From: Candidatus Moraniibacteriota bacterium
Lineage (GTDB): Bacteria; Patescibacteriota; Minisyncoccia; Moranbacterales; GWC2-37-73
Reading direction: 5' to 3'
Length of the DNA stretch: 64,000 nt
NCBI GenBank assembly: GCA_035390125.1
Contig: DAOOTD010000002.1
Location: 169,908 to 233,907 of the forward strand
The first letter of the stretch is position 1. Every line of letters begins with the position of its first letter. The notes under the pieces were generated by a model. The model was not told the DNA's origin. It searched no databases and saw only the letters and a program-made list of their open reading frames with translations. The position numbers were made by a program, and so were the translations under genes. This document shows, piece by piece, positions 51,909 through 62,751 of this stretch.

Positions 51909-54142
51909 TACTTTTCAAATTTGCATCCCTTGCCAGAACACTTAATTTTTCCCTTAGCAGCAAAGGCAAGTGGTTGTCCGCAATTAGGACAAAAATCACC
52001 TGTAGGTTTATTCCACATGGCAAAATCACACTCCGGATATTTATTGCATCCATAAAATATTTTTCCATTTCTAGATTTACGGGCTACTATATCTCCAGTT
52101 TTGCACTTAGGACATTTCAATCCTGTTTTTTGTTCTATTTTCATTATATTTTTGCATTCAGGATATTTTGAGCATCCTAAAAAAGATCCAAATCTCCCTC
52201 GTTTTACTACCATTAAAGCTCCGCATTTATCGCAAATAATCCCGGAGTTTTTCTCATCTTCTTTTTTTTCTTCTTCTGTTTTCCCTGTATATTTACAGGT
52301 TGGAAAATTAGAACAGGCAATAAATTTTCCAAAGCGTCCAAATTTTATAATCAAATCTCCTCCACATTCGGGGCATTTCTGATCAATTTTTTCTTCCTTT
52401 TTTTCAACCGTTTCTATTTTAATTTCTAAGTGGCTATGGAAAGGTTCATAAAATTCACGGATTATTGGAACCCACTGCCTCTGCCCTTCGGCAATTTCGT
52501 CAAAATCCTTTTCAATGGTAGCAGTAAAATCTATGCTGACTATTTCTGGAAAATGTTCAACTAAAATGTCGTTAACTAGTAAACCAATTTCCACAGGATA
52601 TAATCTTTTTTCCTCGTTCTTTTCTACGTACTTACGTTCAATTATGGTAGAAATTGTCGGAGCATATGTAGAAGGCCTACCTATTCCATTTTCCTCTAAG
52701 ACTTTTACTAGCGTTGCTTCATTATATCTTGGAGGAGCAGAAGTAAATTTTTGTTGGGTTTCAATTTTTTTAATATCCAAAATATCCCCCTCTTTGAGTT
52801 TAGGTAAAAACGATTCTGCTTTCGCAGCTTTTCCATTATAGACTTTCATAAATCCATCAAAAACTATAATTGAACCAGTTGCCTTAAACAAATAATTATT
52901 TTTTATTCCCTTTGCTTCAATATCAACTTTAACTGAATTTAATTTGGCACTTTGCATCTGACAAGCAATGGTACGATTCCAAATTAAACGATATAATTTG
53001 TATTGGCTTGATTCCAGATCCGACTCAAGTTTATCAGGAGACGTTTCTAGGTTTGTCGGACGTATGGCTTCATGTGCTTCTTGTGCTGACTTAGATTTAT
53101 TTTTATAATAACGCGGGCTTGAAAGTGAATATTTCTTTCCAAATTTTTTTTCAATTACTTTACGTGCACTCACGAGTGACTCCAATGACAAATTCAAACT
53201 ATCAGTTCGCATGTAGGTAATATATCCCTGTTCGTAAAGTTTTTGCGCGGTGGCCATAGTTTGTTTAGCGGAAAAACCAAAATTATTGATAGCTGCCTGT
53301 TGTAAAGTCGAGGTCGTGAATGGTGCAGCTGGATTGCGCAAGGTTTCTTTTTCTTCAACAGAGAAAACAGCGAATTTTGCCTGATTTATTTCTGTAGCAA
53401 TTTCTTCAGCTGATTTTTTATCAGTGATTATGCTCTTTTTTGTCTTATAATCTCCGGCGAAAAGCTTCAGGGTTACATTTTCTTCTATTTTATTGCCATT
53501 CTTTTCCGTAAGGTTGGCATCAAACTCTTGTTTTTCGTTATGTTTCTGCAACTTTGCATTAATAGTCCAAAATTCTTCTGCTTTAAATTTTTCTATTTCC
53601 CTTTCACGTTCCACGATTAATCTTAAGGCCACTGATTGCACGCGTCCAGCGCTTAAACCCCTGCGTATTTTTTTCCAAAGAAACGGAGAAAGTTCATAAC
53701 CGACCAAGCGGTCAAGCACGCGGCGCGCCTGCTGTGCATCAACGAGGTTTAAATCTATTTTTCTGGGATTTTGCAGAGCTTTTTCTATAGCGCTCTTAGT
53801 AATTTCATGAAAGACAATTCTGGAATATGGTTTTTTATTTTTATTTTCTAAATCTAAAGCCTCAACCAGATGCCAGGAAATTGCTTCTCCTTCTCGGTCT
53901 TCGTCAGATGCTAAAATTATTTCTTTAGCTTTGACAGAGGCCTTTTTAAGTTCAGTTACTTTTATGCGCGACTTAGTCGGAATAATATAATGAGGAGCAA
54001 AATTATTTTCAATATCAATTCCCATTTCGCTTTTTGGCAAATCGCGAACATGGCCAAAAGATGATTTTACGGTGAATCCTTTACCTAGAAATTTTGAAAT
54101 CGTTTTGGCTTTAGTAGGTGACTCTACTATTACAAGTTTCAT
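51908..54142 (-). CDS. topA: DNA topoisomerase I
   Basis: 'IVESPTKAKTI', 'DEDREGE', 'SAGRVQ', 'ITYMRTD', C-terminal zinc ribbons. Confidence 0.96.
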   Translation of the reverse strand: MKLVIVESPTKAKTISKFLGKGFTVKSSFGHVRDLPKSEMGIDIENNFAPHYIIPTKSRIKVTELKKASVKAKEIILASDEDREGEAISWHLVEALDLENKNKKPYSRIVFHEITKSAIEKALQNPRKIDLNLVDAQQARRVLDRLVGYELSPFLWKKIRRGLSAGRVQSVALRLIVEREREIEKFKAEEFWTINAKLQKHNEKQEFDANLTEKNGNKIEENVTLKLFAGDYKTKKSIITDKKSAEEIATEINQAKFAVFSVEEKETLRNPAAPFTTSTLQQAAINNFGFSAKQTMATAQKLYEQGYITYMRTDSLNLSLESLVSARKVIEKKFGKKYSLSSPRYYKNKSKSAQEAHEAIRPTNLETSPDKLESDLESSQYKLYRLIWNRTIACQMQSAKLNSVKVDIEAKGIKNNYLFKATGSIIVFDGFMKVYNGKAAKAESFLPKLKEGDILDIKKIETQQKFTSAPPRYNEATLVKVLEENGIGRPSTYAPTISTIIERKYVEKNEEKRLYPVEIGLLVNDILVEHFPEIVSIDFTATIEKDFDEIAEGQRQWVPIIREFYEPFHSHLEIKIETVEKKEEKIDQKCPECGGDLIIKFGRFGKFIACSNFPTCKYTGKTEEEKKEDEKNSGIICDKCGALMVVKRGRFGSFLGCSKYPECKNIMKIEQKTGLKCPKCKTGDIVARKSRNGKIFYGCNKYPECDFAMWNKPTGDFCPNCGQPLAFAAKGKIKCSGKGCKFEK

Positions 54143-54155
54143 TTATTTTTTTAAA

Positions 54156-55238
54156 TTATAATTTTATATACTGCTGTCCTCCTATATTTTTCACTAACCC
54201 TTTTATTTCTAAAAGAGAAAGTGTAGAAGAAACTGTCGCTGTTTCAAGTTTAGTCAGTTTAGTTATTCTGTCAATATATATTTTTTCATGCGACAGTACG
54301 GAAAGTATATTTTTTTCTTCTTCTGTCAGTTCTAAATTTATTTTTTCTGTAGCCGGTTTAATATCTTGTTCTATTCTTAATTCACTTAAGATATCAGTAG
54401 CGCAGGATACTAATTTAGCTCCCGATGATTTTATCAGCATATGTGTGCCTGCTGACTGCGGAGAGAAAACTGATCCCGGTACAGCAAAAACTTCGCGATT
54501 ATAATCTAGTGCCAGATTAGCAGTAATAAGGCTGCCGCTTTCTAAAGCAGCTTCAATCACAAGTGTACCCAAACTCATTCCGGCCATAATCCTGTTGCGT
54601 GCCGGAAATGTCCAATTGGCTGCCTGGGTTTTCATAGCGAACTCACTAATAAGTAGCCCATCATTTTCTATTATATCTTGTGCTAGTTGGAAATTAGAAC
54701 GCGGATAAATACTTTCTGCATCTAAGCTGTTACCTAACACTGCAATAGTTTTTCCTTTAGCATCAAGCGCGCCCTGGTGAGCAGCAGAGTCAATGCCAAA
54801 AGCTAGCCCGCTGACTACGCAAATTCCATTATTAGCTAAATCTCTGGCAAATACTCTTGTAACTCGACTTCCATATTCTGTCAATTTACGCGAACCGACA
54901 ACAGCCACCATTGGAAGTTTAAGGCAATTTAAATTACCTTTCATGTATATAAGGTAAGGGCTGTCAGGTATTTGCTTGAGAAGTTCCGGATATTCTTCGT
55001 CTTGAATAGTGAAAACCTTTACGTTTTCTTTTTTAAGCTTATCCCACTCCTCATTTGGATTTATATTTGGGCGCTGGGTAACAATTTTTTCGGCTACTAA
55101 TTCGCCGATGCCGGATTTAACCAAGGAAGAAAAATCGGCTTCCCAGACTATTTCCGAGGAATTGAAAAAATTCATGAGCTGTTTCAGTTTCTTGCATCCG
55201 AGCCCGTCAATTTTATTTAAAGCGTTTAAGTACTTCAT
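54156..55238 (-). CDS. dprA: DNA processing protein DprA
   Basis: 'AVVGSR', 'VSGLAFGID', 'FPARNRI', 'VFAVPG'. Confidence 0.94.
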   Translation of the reverse strand: MKYLNALNKIDGLGCKKLKQLMNFFNSSEIVWEADFSSLVKSGIGELVAEKIVTQRPNINPNEEWDKLKKENVKVFTIQDEEYPELLKQIPDSPYLIYMKGNLNCLKLPMVAVVGSRKLTEYGSRVTRVFARDLANNGICVVSGLAFGIDSAAHQGALDAKGKTIAVLGNSLDAESIYPRSNFQLAQDIIENDGLLISEFAMKTQAANWTFPARNRIMAGMSLGTLVIEAALESGSLITANLALDYNREVFAVPGSVFSPQSAGTHMLIKSSGAKLVSCATDILSELRIEQDIKPATEKINLELTEEEKNILSVLSHEKIYIDRITKLTKLETATVSSTLSLLEIKGLVKNIGGQQYIKL

Positions 55239-55753
55239 TATTTAAAAATTTTCGACAAAAACTTTTTTATTTCTTTTAAAACTTTCTCAATTTTTTCTTT
55301 TTCTTTATCGGAAAATTTTTGCAGAACAAAATCCTCAGCAGGCAAATTTGTGTTTGTTCCAATGCCAATTCTAATCCTTTTAAATTTCTGTGTGCCGAGG
55401 TTGTCAATGATATTTTGCACGCCATTATGTCCAGCTGAAGAGGAATCTTCTGCGAGGCGGTATTCTCCAAGCGCAATATCTTTGTCGTCATGGATAACCA
55501 AAATATCATCAGCAGACAATTTATAAAAATCCAAAATTTTGCGTAATGCTTCACCAGAAAGATTCATGAATGTTTGCGGTTTCACTAAAATAACTTTTTC
55601 TTTTGCAGAAATTTCAGCGTTGAATTTTTTATTAAATTCAAATTCAGGGAAAGCCAGTTCTTCTTTAAAATTATCCAGAAATTCAAAACCTATGTTATGA
55701 CGTGTTCCTAAATATTTTTTGCCGTGATTTCCTAGGCCTATGATAATTTTCAT
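55238..55753 (-). CDS. pth: Peptidyl-tRNA hydrolase
   Basis: 'TRHNIG', 'KPQTFMNLSG', 'HDD', 'GHNG'. Confidence 0.94.
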   Translation of the reverse strand: MKIIIGLGNHGKKYLGTRHNIGFEFLDNFKEELAFPEFEFNKKFNAEISAKEKVILVKPQTFMNLSGEALRKILDFYKLSADDILVIHDDKDIALGEYRLAEDSSSAGHNGVQNIIDNLGTQKFKRIRIGIGTNTNLPAEDFVLQKFSDKEKEKIEKVLKEIKKFLSKIFK

Positions 55754-55759
55754 AATTAT

Positions 55760-57361
55760 TTATTTGGTATTATTTATATAAAAAATTTCTTGTTTATCTT
55801 CAGCATTTTCCAAATCCTGCATCGTATCTTCCTCGTATTTATAAATATTAGCCAAGTCACTACCTAATGTAATTATAATATCATATGCGGGAGTTGTCGT
55901 ATCTATAGGTTCATTGGATAAAGTTGCAGGCAGTTTTTTAATAAGTTCATCTAGTGTAAATATTTTTATACCATTTGAATTATCTGTTATTTTTGTTTGT
56001 GAAACTACTATATCTTGTGATTTTTGTATATAGTAAACATTTTTTATATTTAATTTTTCAGTCAATAAATTTTTAATTTTTGTATTTAATTGACTTTCTC
56101 CACTGTTATTTATGATACCTATTTTAGCTTTTTCTTCAACTATTGCATCCTGACGTTTTTTAAGTTCATCTAAATTAAAAATATTTTTTTCTAAATCATG
56201 GATCTCGCTATAATTTCCGATGCGAGGTATGAGTATAAAAGCTGAAGCGTTTCCTAATGTTACATGGGATACTTTCAATAAGCTATCTTTTTTCCAAGCA
56301 TCTGCAACTATATTATTGATGTTTTGCATATCAACTTCCTGGCTAAGCTTTATAAATCCATCAATATCTTCAAAAGTAATATCTGTTTTAATACTTTCTT
56401 CAAGTGTGTTAAGGATATTATTAAGCGTTATAACATTAAGAAGTGTTTTTACAGAAAATAATTTATTTTTCACCGCTTGGATAACTTGCTGTTGTCTTTT
56501 AGCTCTGCCAAAATCACCTTCAGGATCGCCATGTCTTTGGCGAACATACTTCAGAGCAGTTTCTCCGTCTAAAACATGAAAACCCTTGGATAATGAGAAT
56601 GTTTCATAGCTATAATTTTGTCCAGGATATTGGGTGTCGTAAATGTCTCGCTGGGAAATTATGTTTATTCCGCCAATCTGATCGATAATTTTCTTGAATC
56701 CTTCAAAATTAATTACTAAATAATAATTTAATTCAATTCCTGTAATTTCTTCGACAGATTTTTTTATGATATTGACTCCCTCATTCATCTTTATCCCAAT
56801 TGGATAAAGACTGTTTATTTTCGCGTGGGATTGCGTGTCCGGGATCTTAACATAAAGGTCGCGCGGCAAAGAAAACATGGCTACTTTTTTATTTTTCGTA
56901 TCAACACTCATAATAATAACCGTATCAGTAAGATTTCCCCCGGGCTTATGCTCTCCTGCCGTTCCCAATAGTAATATATTTATACGTCCATTTTCTTCTC
57001 CTTTTAATTGATTATGACTACTTGGAATAATTGGAGAAATAATTGCACGTGCATATTGCGACAAAGTTTTTTTCTCTGCAGAAAAATATTCCGAATTGAT
57101 TTTTTTACTTATAGTATATGTTTTCCAAGAGAAGTATAATCCGTATGATACTGAAAATATTAAAACTAAAACTGCCAATAAAGCAATGCTTTTTTTAAAT
57201 ATAATTATTGTACGAAATTCTTTTTCCTTTTTATCCATAACTTCAGATTCATCGCAGGAAATAAAAACTTCTTCCTTGCCCTGATTATTGCGAGTATTAT
57301 TTTTTAAGCATTTTAGTGAATTTTGAGAATCTTTAAAAAGATTTCTTTTAATGCTATCCAT
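55760..57361 (-). CDS. LCP (LytR-CpsA-Psr) family protein
   Basis: TM, 'NILLLG', 'TDTVI', 'SLPRD', 'ALKYVRQR..DFGRAKRQQ'. Confidence 0.9.
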   Translation of the reverse strand: MDSIKRNLFKDSQNSLKCLKNNTRNNQGKEEVFISCDESEVMDKKEKEFRTIIIFKKSIALLAVLVLIFSVSYGLYFSWKTYTISKKINSEYFSAEKKTLSQYARAIISPIIPSSHNQLKGEENGRINILLLGTAGEHKPGGNLTDTVIIMSVDTKNKKVAMFSLPRDLYVKIPDTQSHAKINSLYPIGIKMNEGVNIIKKSVEEITGIELNYYLVINFEGFKKIIDQIGGINIISQRDIYDTQYPGQNYSYETFSLSKGFHVLDGETALKYVRQRHGDPEGDFGRAKRQQQVIQAVKNKLFSVKTLLNVITLNNILNTLEESIKTDITFEDIDGFIKLSQEVDMQNINNIVADAWKKDSLLKVSHVTLGNASAFILIPRIGNYSEIHDLEKNIFNLDELKKRQDAIVEEKAKIGIINNSGESQLNTKIKNLLTEKLNIKNVYYIQKSQDIVVSQTKITDNSNGIKIFTLDELIKKLPATLSNEPIDTTTPAYDIIITLGSDLANIYKYEEDTMQDLENAEDKQEIFYINNTK

Positions 57362-57561
57362 AGAGAAAGGGCAACAAAAGGTATTAATATGTGTTAATGA
57401 TAGCCCAATAAAAGGCTAAATGTCAAAAAATACTTATTTTAAGCTATAAAACAACCCTTGCATTAAGCAAAAATACGTGCTATTATTGCTTTGTTTTATC
57501 CTCTAAAAACGCTATTTATTTGGTGTTTATTAGCTAGTATGAAATAATCTTTTAATAATTT

Positions 57562-58188
57562 ATGAATTATCAGAACAATATAAAAATCGAAAACAATGAA
57601 GAAATATACGGTGTTGGCAATTTTCTTTGGGAAGTTATAAAAGTATTTTTTTGGGCACTGGTAATCATTGTTCCTATTAGGGTATTCCTTTTTCAGCCAT
57701 TTTTTGTGCAAGGCGCAAGTATGCAACCAAATTTTGAAAATGGAGATTATCTTATTATAAATGAACTAGGCTATAAAGAAACTGATATAAAGGTTGCAGG
57801 TGTTAGCGTTCTTTCGGCAGGATCTTTCAAGGAATTAAAACGATATGATATTGCTGTATTTCGTTATCCTTTAAATCAAAAACAATTTTTTATTAAGCGT
57901 GTGATAGGACTTCCCGGAGAGAAGGTGAAAGTTGAAAATGGCAAAATCAGAATATATAACGATAAAAATCCAGAGGGGTTTATTCTTGATGAAAGCGAAT
58001 ATCTTTCTCAGACTGTTTTTACTGTAGGTGATTCAGAGGTTAAATTAGAGCAAGATCAATATTTTGTATTGGGAGATAATAGAAAAGCCAGCTATGATTC
58101 ACGTGCATGGGGCGCTGTTCATAAAAGCGATGTAATCGGCAAGGTTTTTATTAGGGCATGGCCAATTTCAAAAGCTGAAATATTATAG
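57562..58188 (+). CDS. lepB: Signal peptidase I
   Basis: 'GASMQPN', 'IKRVIGLPGE', 'GDNR..S.DSR.WG'. Confidence 0.94.
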   Translation: MNYQNNIKIENNEEIYGVGNFLWEVIKVFFWALVIIVPIRVFLFQPFFVQGASMQPNFENGDYLIINELGYKETDIKVAGVSVLSAGSFKELKRYDIAVFRYPLNQKQFFIKRVIGLPGEKVKVENGKIRIYNDKNPEGFILDESEYLSQTVFTVGDSEVKLEQDQYFVLGDNRKASYDSRAWGAVHKSDVIGKVFIRAWPISKAEIL

Positions 58189-58220
58189 CATTAATATTTA
58201 TCTTTAATTTTTAGAAAAAT

Positions 58221-59633
58221 ATGTTGAAAAGAAAGAAAACCAAAAGGACTATTAAAAAAAAGAAAAGTAAAAATGCATCATTAAAAAAATCAGTTAGTTC
58301 ATCTAAGAAACAGAAAAGTCAAAAAATAGAGGAAGAAATTTTAATGCAGCCACCAAGAGGCATGCGTGATTTGTTGCCTGGCGATCAATCATATTGGAAT
58401 CAGCTTAGGCGTGTGCTTTCCAGGATAGCACTCGAATACGGATTCGGGAGAATAGACACTCCTATTGTTGAATATGCTAATCTTTTCATACGTTCAATTG
58501 GCAAGGGAACCGATATTATAGATAAAGAAATGTATATCTTTAACACTAAAGGAGGAGACCGTGTTGCCCTAAGACCCGAAATGACAGCTAGCATAGGACG
58601 TGCTTATATACAGCACGGTATGAATGTTCTTTCAAAACCAGTAAAATTATTTTCAACTGGACCAGTATACCGTTATGACCGTCCACAAGAAGGTCGCTAT
58701 AGGGAGCATTTTCAAGCTAATTTCGATGCATTTGGCGAGCAAGATCCGATTCTTGATGCTCAGATTATTCAATTAGCACACCGCATTATTACAACGCTTG
58801 GTATTAAAAATGTTCAATTTCAAGTTAATTCTATAGGTTGTCCAAAGTGTAGAAAGGAATATCAAGAACTTTTAGTAGCTTATTTTGAATCCAAGAAGCA
58901 GAAATTATGTCAAAATTGTAAAAAAAGATTAGAAACAAATCCATTGCGCATTCTAGATTGCAAGGAAGATAAATGCATTCAGGTTGCATCGACTGCTCCC
59001 CAATCAGTTGATCGTTTATGTAGTGAATGCCGGGTACATTTTAAGAGTCTTTTGGAATATTTAGATGAATTGGATTTGCCATATGTTATTAATCCGCGTC
59101 TCGTAAGAGGCCTTAGCTATTATACAAAAACTGTATTTGAAATTTGGTCTGGAGATGAAGAACAGAGAAAATATTCTTTAGGTGGAGGAGGAAGATATGA
59201 TTATTTAATAGAGGAATTTGGAGGTGAGCACACTCCTGCTGTTGGGTTCGGAATTGGAATGGATAGGATCATATTTGAAATGAAAAGAGTACATGCAAAA
59301 ATGTACATAGAACCAAAACCACGCGTATTTCTGGCACAGCTTGGTGAGTTAGCGAAGAAAAAAAGCCTTAAAGTATTCGCTGAATTGCAAAAAAATAGTA
59401 TTCTTACAGCCGAAAGTTTTGGTAGGGGAAGTCTAAAATCACAACTCAGATTAGCTGATCGTTTGGGTGTTGAAATCACTCTTATTGTTGGGCAAAAAGA
59501 AGCACTTGACGAGACAATAATAGTTAAAGACATGGTGAGTGGTACGCAAGAAACCGTGACTAAAGAAAAATTAATAACAGCTGTTAAGAAAATTTTGAAA
59601 AACAATGTAATTGTTTCGCATGAAGGAGAATAA
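58221..59633 (+). CDS. hisS: Histidine--tRNA ligase with Lys-rich N-terminal extension
   Basis: 'PRGMRD', 'LRPEMT', 'RYDRPQEGRYREH', 'RGLSYY', 'GGGRYD'. Confidence 0.95.
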   Translation: MLKRKKTKRTIKKKKSKNASLKKSVSSSKKQKSQKIEEEILMQPPRGMRDLLPGDQSYWNQLRRVLSRIALEYGFGRIDTPIVEYANLFIRSIGKGTDIIDKEMYIFNTKGGDRVALRPEMTASIGRAYIQHGMNVLSKPVKLFSTGPVYRYDRPQEGRYREHFQANFDAFGEQDPILDAQIIQLAHRIITTLGIKNVQFQVNSIGCPKCRKEYQELLVAYFESKKQKLCQNCKKRLETNPLRILDCKEDKCIQVASTAPQSVDRLCSECRVHFKSLLEYLDELDLPYVINPRLVRGLSYYTKTVFEIWSGDEEQRKYSLGGGGRYDYLIEEFGGEHTPAVGFGIGMDRIIFEMKRVHAKMYIEPKPRVFLAQLGELAKKKSLKVFAELQKNSILTAESFGRGSLKSQLRLADRLGVEITLIVGQKEALDETIIVKDMVSGTQETVTKEKLITAVKKILKNNVIVSHEGE

Positions 59634-59781
59634 TTAAATCTTTTAAGAAATCAGAAAAATTATAATTTAATGCAAAAGTATTGATAGTTGTTCAATGTTT
59701 TTTATAGGGGTTGAACTTATTTATACTACATGATAAATTATATATAAGTATATTTGGTTAAAATATAGAGAGGAGGAATTT

Positions 59782-60036
59782 ATGATAGAAGTTAGAAAAA
59801 AAGACAAAGAAACTGCAGAAAGTCTGATGAGGAGATTTTCTCGCCGCATCCAACAAAGCGGTATTTTAGTCCGTGCCCGTAAAACCAGATTCAGGTCTGA
59901 AGAAAAGAGTAAACCAGAAAAAAGACAAGAAGCTTTGTACAAAGTTAAAATAAGAAAAGAAATTGACAAATTAAAAAAGCTTGGAAAGTTTGATGATGAA
60001 GCTTTGAAAAATATCAAGCGTAAAATGAGCGAATAA
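59782..60036 (+). CDS. rpsU: 30S ribosomal protein bS21
   Basis: 'IEVRKK..E..ESLMRRFSR'; upstream of yqeY. Confidence 0.75.
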   Translation: MIEVRKKDKETAESLMRRFSRRIQQSGILVRARKTRFRSEEKSKPEKRQEALYKVKIRKEIDKLKKLGKFDDEALKNIKRKMSE

Positions 60037-60041
60037 AGCTT

Positions 60042-60494
60042 ATGAATCTAAAGGAAAAAATAACTTCAGATATTAAGAATGCAATGCTTTCTGGTGACAC
60101 GGTTCGCAGAGACACGTTGCGTTTTTTGGATAGTGCTATAAAGAACTTTGAGATTGAAAAAAAGAAAAAAGACTCTGGACTAAGTGATGAAGAAATTTTG
60201 GAAGTTATTAGTCGTTCAGTAAAACAAAGAAAAGACAGTATTCAGCAATACATAAATGGTGAACGTCCGGAATTGGCCGAGAAAGAAAAAATGGAACTGG
60301 AAATACTAAAAACTTATATGCCGGAACAGATAAGTGAAGATGAAATTAGGAAAGCTGTTAAGGAAATTATTTCTATTATGGGTGCAGTTGGCGCATCTGA
60401 AATTGGAAAGGTGATGGGACAAGCTATGGCAAAACTTAAAGGTAAGGCTGATGGAAATATTGTAAAGAGGATTGTCAGTGAGGAATTACAATAG
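60042..60494 (+). CDS. GatB/YqeY domain protein
   Basis: 'KQRKDSI..Y....R.ELAEKE', 'GKVMG', 'GKADG'. Confidence 0.92.
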   Translation: MNLKEKITSDIKNAMLSGDTVRRDTLRFLDSAIKNFEIEKKKKDSGLSDEEILEVISRSVKQRKDSIQQYINGERPELAEKEKMELEILKTYMPEQISEDEIRKAVKEIISIMGAVGASEIGKVMGQAMAKLKGKADGNIVKRIVSEELQ

Positions 60495-60659
60495 GTTATA
60501 AATATTCAATTTTATAAAAGCACCTCGACAATTCATTGGGGTGTTTTTATGTTTGCATTTTTTAATCTTAGCTGGTAGTATAACGATCTGACGGCATTGG
60601 TTAAAAAAGAACCTTAACATAAATTGATAAATAAAGCTATATTAAAGGGGGTAATTTTT

Positions 60660-61034
60660 ATGCAAAGAAGGTCGCGAAAAACTGTGTTTGGTGGGATTTA
60701 CATTGGAATTAAAGGGGGAGGAGATGCTAACACTAATGAAATTTTGTATAAAGCTCTTGTGGATGCAAATTTATCCACAGAACATGAACGCAAAGAATAC
60801 AAAGGCACACCTATTAATGTGTGGAAAGTAACCTCATCCTTCGTAAAAATGTTGTATAAAAAGCAACATAATTTCAATCTCCTGTTTGTTGCTTATGAGG
60901 AAATCAATTACACGCTTCAAATTTTTAAATTCTTAGATCCGATTGTGCGGAAAAAAGCAAAACAGATGAAACTTGCCAAGGAATGTGAGAAAAAAAAGAG
61001 AGAAAAAAGCGAAGTGCAAAGAGCGCCATATTAA
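60660..61034 (+). CDS. Hypothetical protein
   Basis: AAGGGGG RBS-like sequence before the ATG at 60660; terminator downstream. Confidence 0.55.
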   Translation: MQRRSRKTVFGGIYIGIKGGGDANTNEILYKALVDANLSTEHERKEYKGTPINVWKVTSSFVKMLYKKQHNFNLLFVAYEEINYTLQIFKFLDPIVRKKAKQMKLAKECEKKKREKSEVQRAPY

Positions 61035-61058
61035 AACTTTCAGCAAAATATTTTCTTG

Positions 61059-61091
61059 AGGGGCAACACTAAATAGTGTCGCCCCTTTTTT
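61059..61091 (+). terminator. Intrinsic terminator
   Basis: aggggcaacact-loop-agtgtcgcccc-tttttt. Confidence 0.75.
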
Positions 61092-61262
61092 CATATCTAA
61101 ACTTGTCTTGACGGATATTTTTATAAGATTATAATGGACCAGGAACTGGATAAGCAGACAAAAAAATGAATAAAAAACTGAAACTAATTTTAATATTAGA
61201 AAATACCCCCCCGAGGGGTTTTTTATTTGTTTTTTAACAAAAATAATGTATAGGAGGATAAA

Positions 61263-61550
61263 ATGACATCAAAGGAAATGAAGGAAAAAGAAGCATTTAT
61301 GGGTATTGCCCTTAAGGAATTTTTAAAAGAGATAAAAAATTTAGGCTTTTCTGGGAGATGTTGGGGGACAAAGAGCAGTATGTTTAGGGGCAGCCATTGC
61401 ACCTTTGGCTTCAAAGATGAAGCAGCTACTGTGTATATTAAAGATGGAAGAATCCATATTATTGAATACAGGGTATCTAATAAAAAGACAAAACTAGGAG
61501 TAAATATCAGAAAAATTCTTGAGTCAAAAAAAATATTTATTACTAAATAA
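61263..61550 (+). CDS. Hypothetical protein
   Basis: AGGAGG RBS; 95 aa; hairpin terminator at 61559-61584. Confidence 0.65.
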   Translation: MTSKEMKEKEAFMGIALKEFLKEIKNLGFSGRCWGTKSSMFRGSHCTFGFKDEAATVYIKDGRIHIIEYRVSNKKTKLGVNIRKILESKKIFITK

Positions 61551-61671
61551 TTCTATTAAAAGGCTGGTGAACTAATCAGCCTTTCTAATTTGACAGAATA
61601 TTTGATAAAAACAATTCTTTGACATAGAATTATACTAAGTATTAATAAAAATATAATTAGAAGCAAAAAGA

Positions 61672-62250
61672 ATGAAACTCAAGTTAACAAAAATATGGCA
61701 ATTTATGGTTGGATTTTTTGTTTTAATAATAATCGACCCATTTATCCACATATTAGGAGAAAAACTAATTGGATTTTCAGGAATGTTTTTGGCTGCTTTT
61801 ATTATGGCGGTTTTATTTTTCATCTTAATAATTATGTGGATGAATTTTGTATCTGAAGCAAAAAAAAGGTCAGAGCGATTGAGGGGTGAATATAATGTAG
61901 CTATGAATATATCAAATCAAGATATTCGAATTAAAAATTATAACATATGGAAAAAAATTAGTAGTAAAAATAAGTTAATCATATTAATATCTGCTACCAT
62001 TTTTATCATTATTATTTTATCTGCTTATTATTTTTATGTAAAACCAAGAAATGAGAAAAATATTTATAACGAATGTGTTTATGAGGTAAATAAGAATTCT
62101 AATGTCATTAAATTTCCATTAGCTGCTTCTATTCAAAAGCTTCAAATCGATGCTTGTGTGAAAGCGGGAGGTGTAAAAAATTATAGTAAAAATAAAAAAA
62201 TATTTTTCCCTTTTGATTTAATTAATCCACCATCAGACAATAAAAAATAA
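61672..62250 (+). CDS. Hypothetical membrane protein
   Basis: Three hydrophobic segments. Confidence 0.55.
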   Translation: MKLKLTKIWQFMVGFFVLIIIDPFIHILGEKLIGFSGMFLAAFIMAVLFFILIIMWMNFVSEAKKRSERLRGEYNVAMNISNQDIRIKNYNIWKKISSKNKLIILISATIFIIIILSAYYFYVKPRNEKNIYNECVYEVNKNSNVIKFPLAASIQKLQIDACVKAGGVKNYSKNKKIFFPFDLINPPSDNKK

Positions 62251-62266
62251 ATATAATTTTAAAATC

Positions 62267-62731
62267 ATGAAAATATTAATTATTTATTATTCTCGAACAG
62301 GAACAACAAAAAAGATAGCTTTGGCGGTAGCTAAAAGAATAGGCGCAGAGGTTGAAGAAATAAAAGATACAATAAATAGGGATGGAATTAAAGGGTATCT
62401 TATTTCTGGACGTGATGCTATGCAAAAAAAGCTTACTATTTTAAAGCAATCTTTAAAAAATCCGGCCGAATTTGATCTTGTTATCATAGGAACACCAATT
62501 TGGGCCTGGAGTATTTCGGCTCCAGTGAGAACCTATATAACAGAGAAAAAAAATAGTTTTAAAAAAATAGCTATATTTTGTACGATGGGAGGATCGGGAG
62601 ATGTTAAGGTTTTTTCAGAGATTGCAGAAATTATTGGCTTAAAACCAATTGCTACCTTAGCATTATTAACTAAAGATGTTGCGAGGGACAAATTTATTGA
62701 AAAATTAGAAAAATTTATTGCTAAAATTTAA
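62267..62731 (+). CDS. Flavodoxin family protein
   Basis: 'YYSRTGTT', 'IGTPIW', 'FCTMGG'. Confidence 0.9.
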   Translation: MKILIIYYSRTGTTKKIALAVAKRIGAEVEEIKDTINRDGIKGYLISGRDAMQKKLTILKQSLKNPAEFDLVIIGTPIWAWSISAPVRTYITEKKNSFKKIAIFCTMGGSGDVKVFSEIAEIIGLKPIATLALLTKDVARDKFIEKLEKFIAKI

Positions 62732-62751
62732 GAAAAGTATTGAATTAAGAT

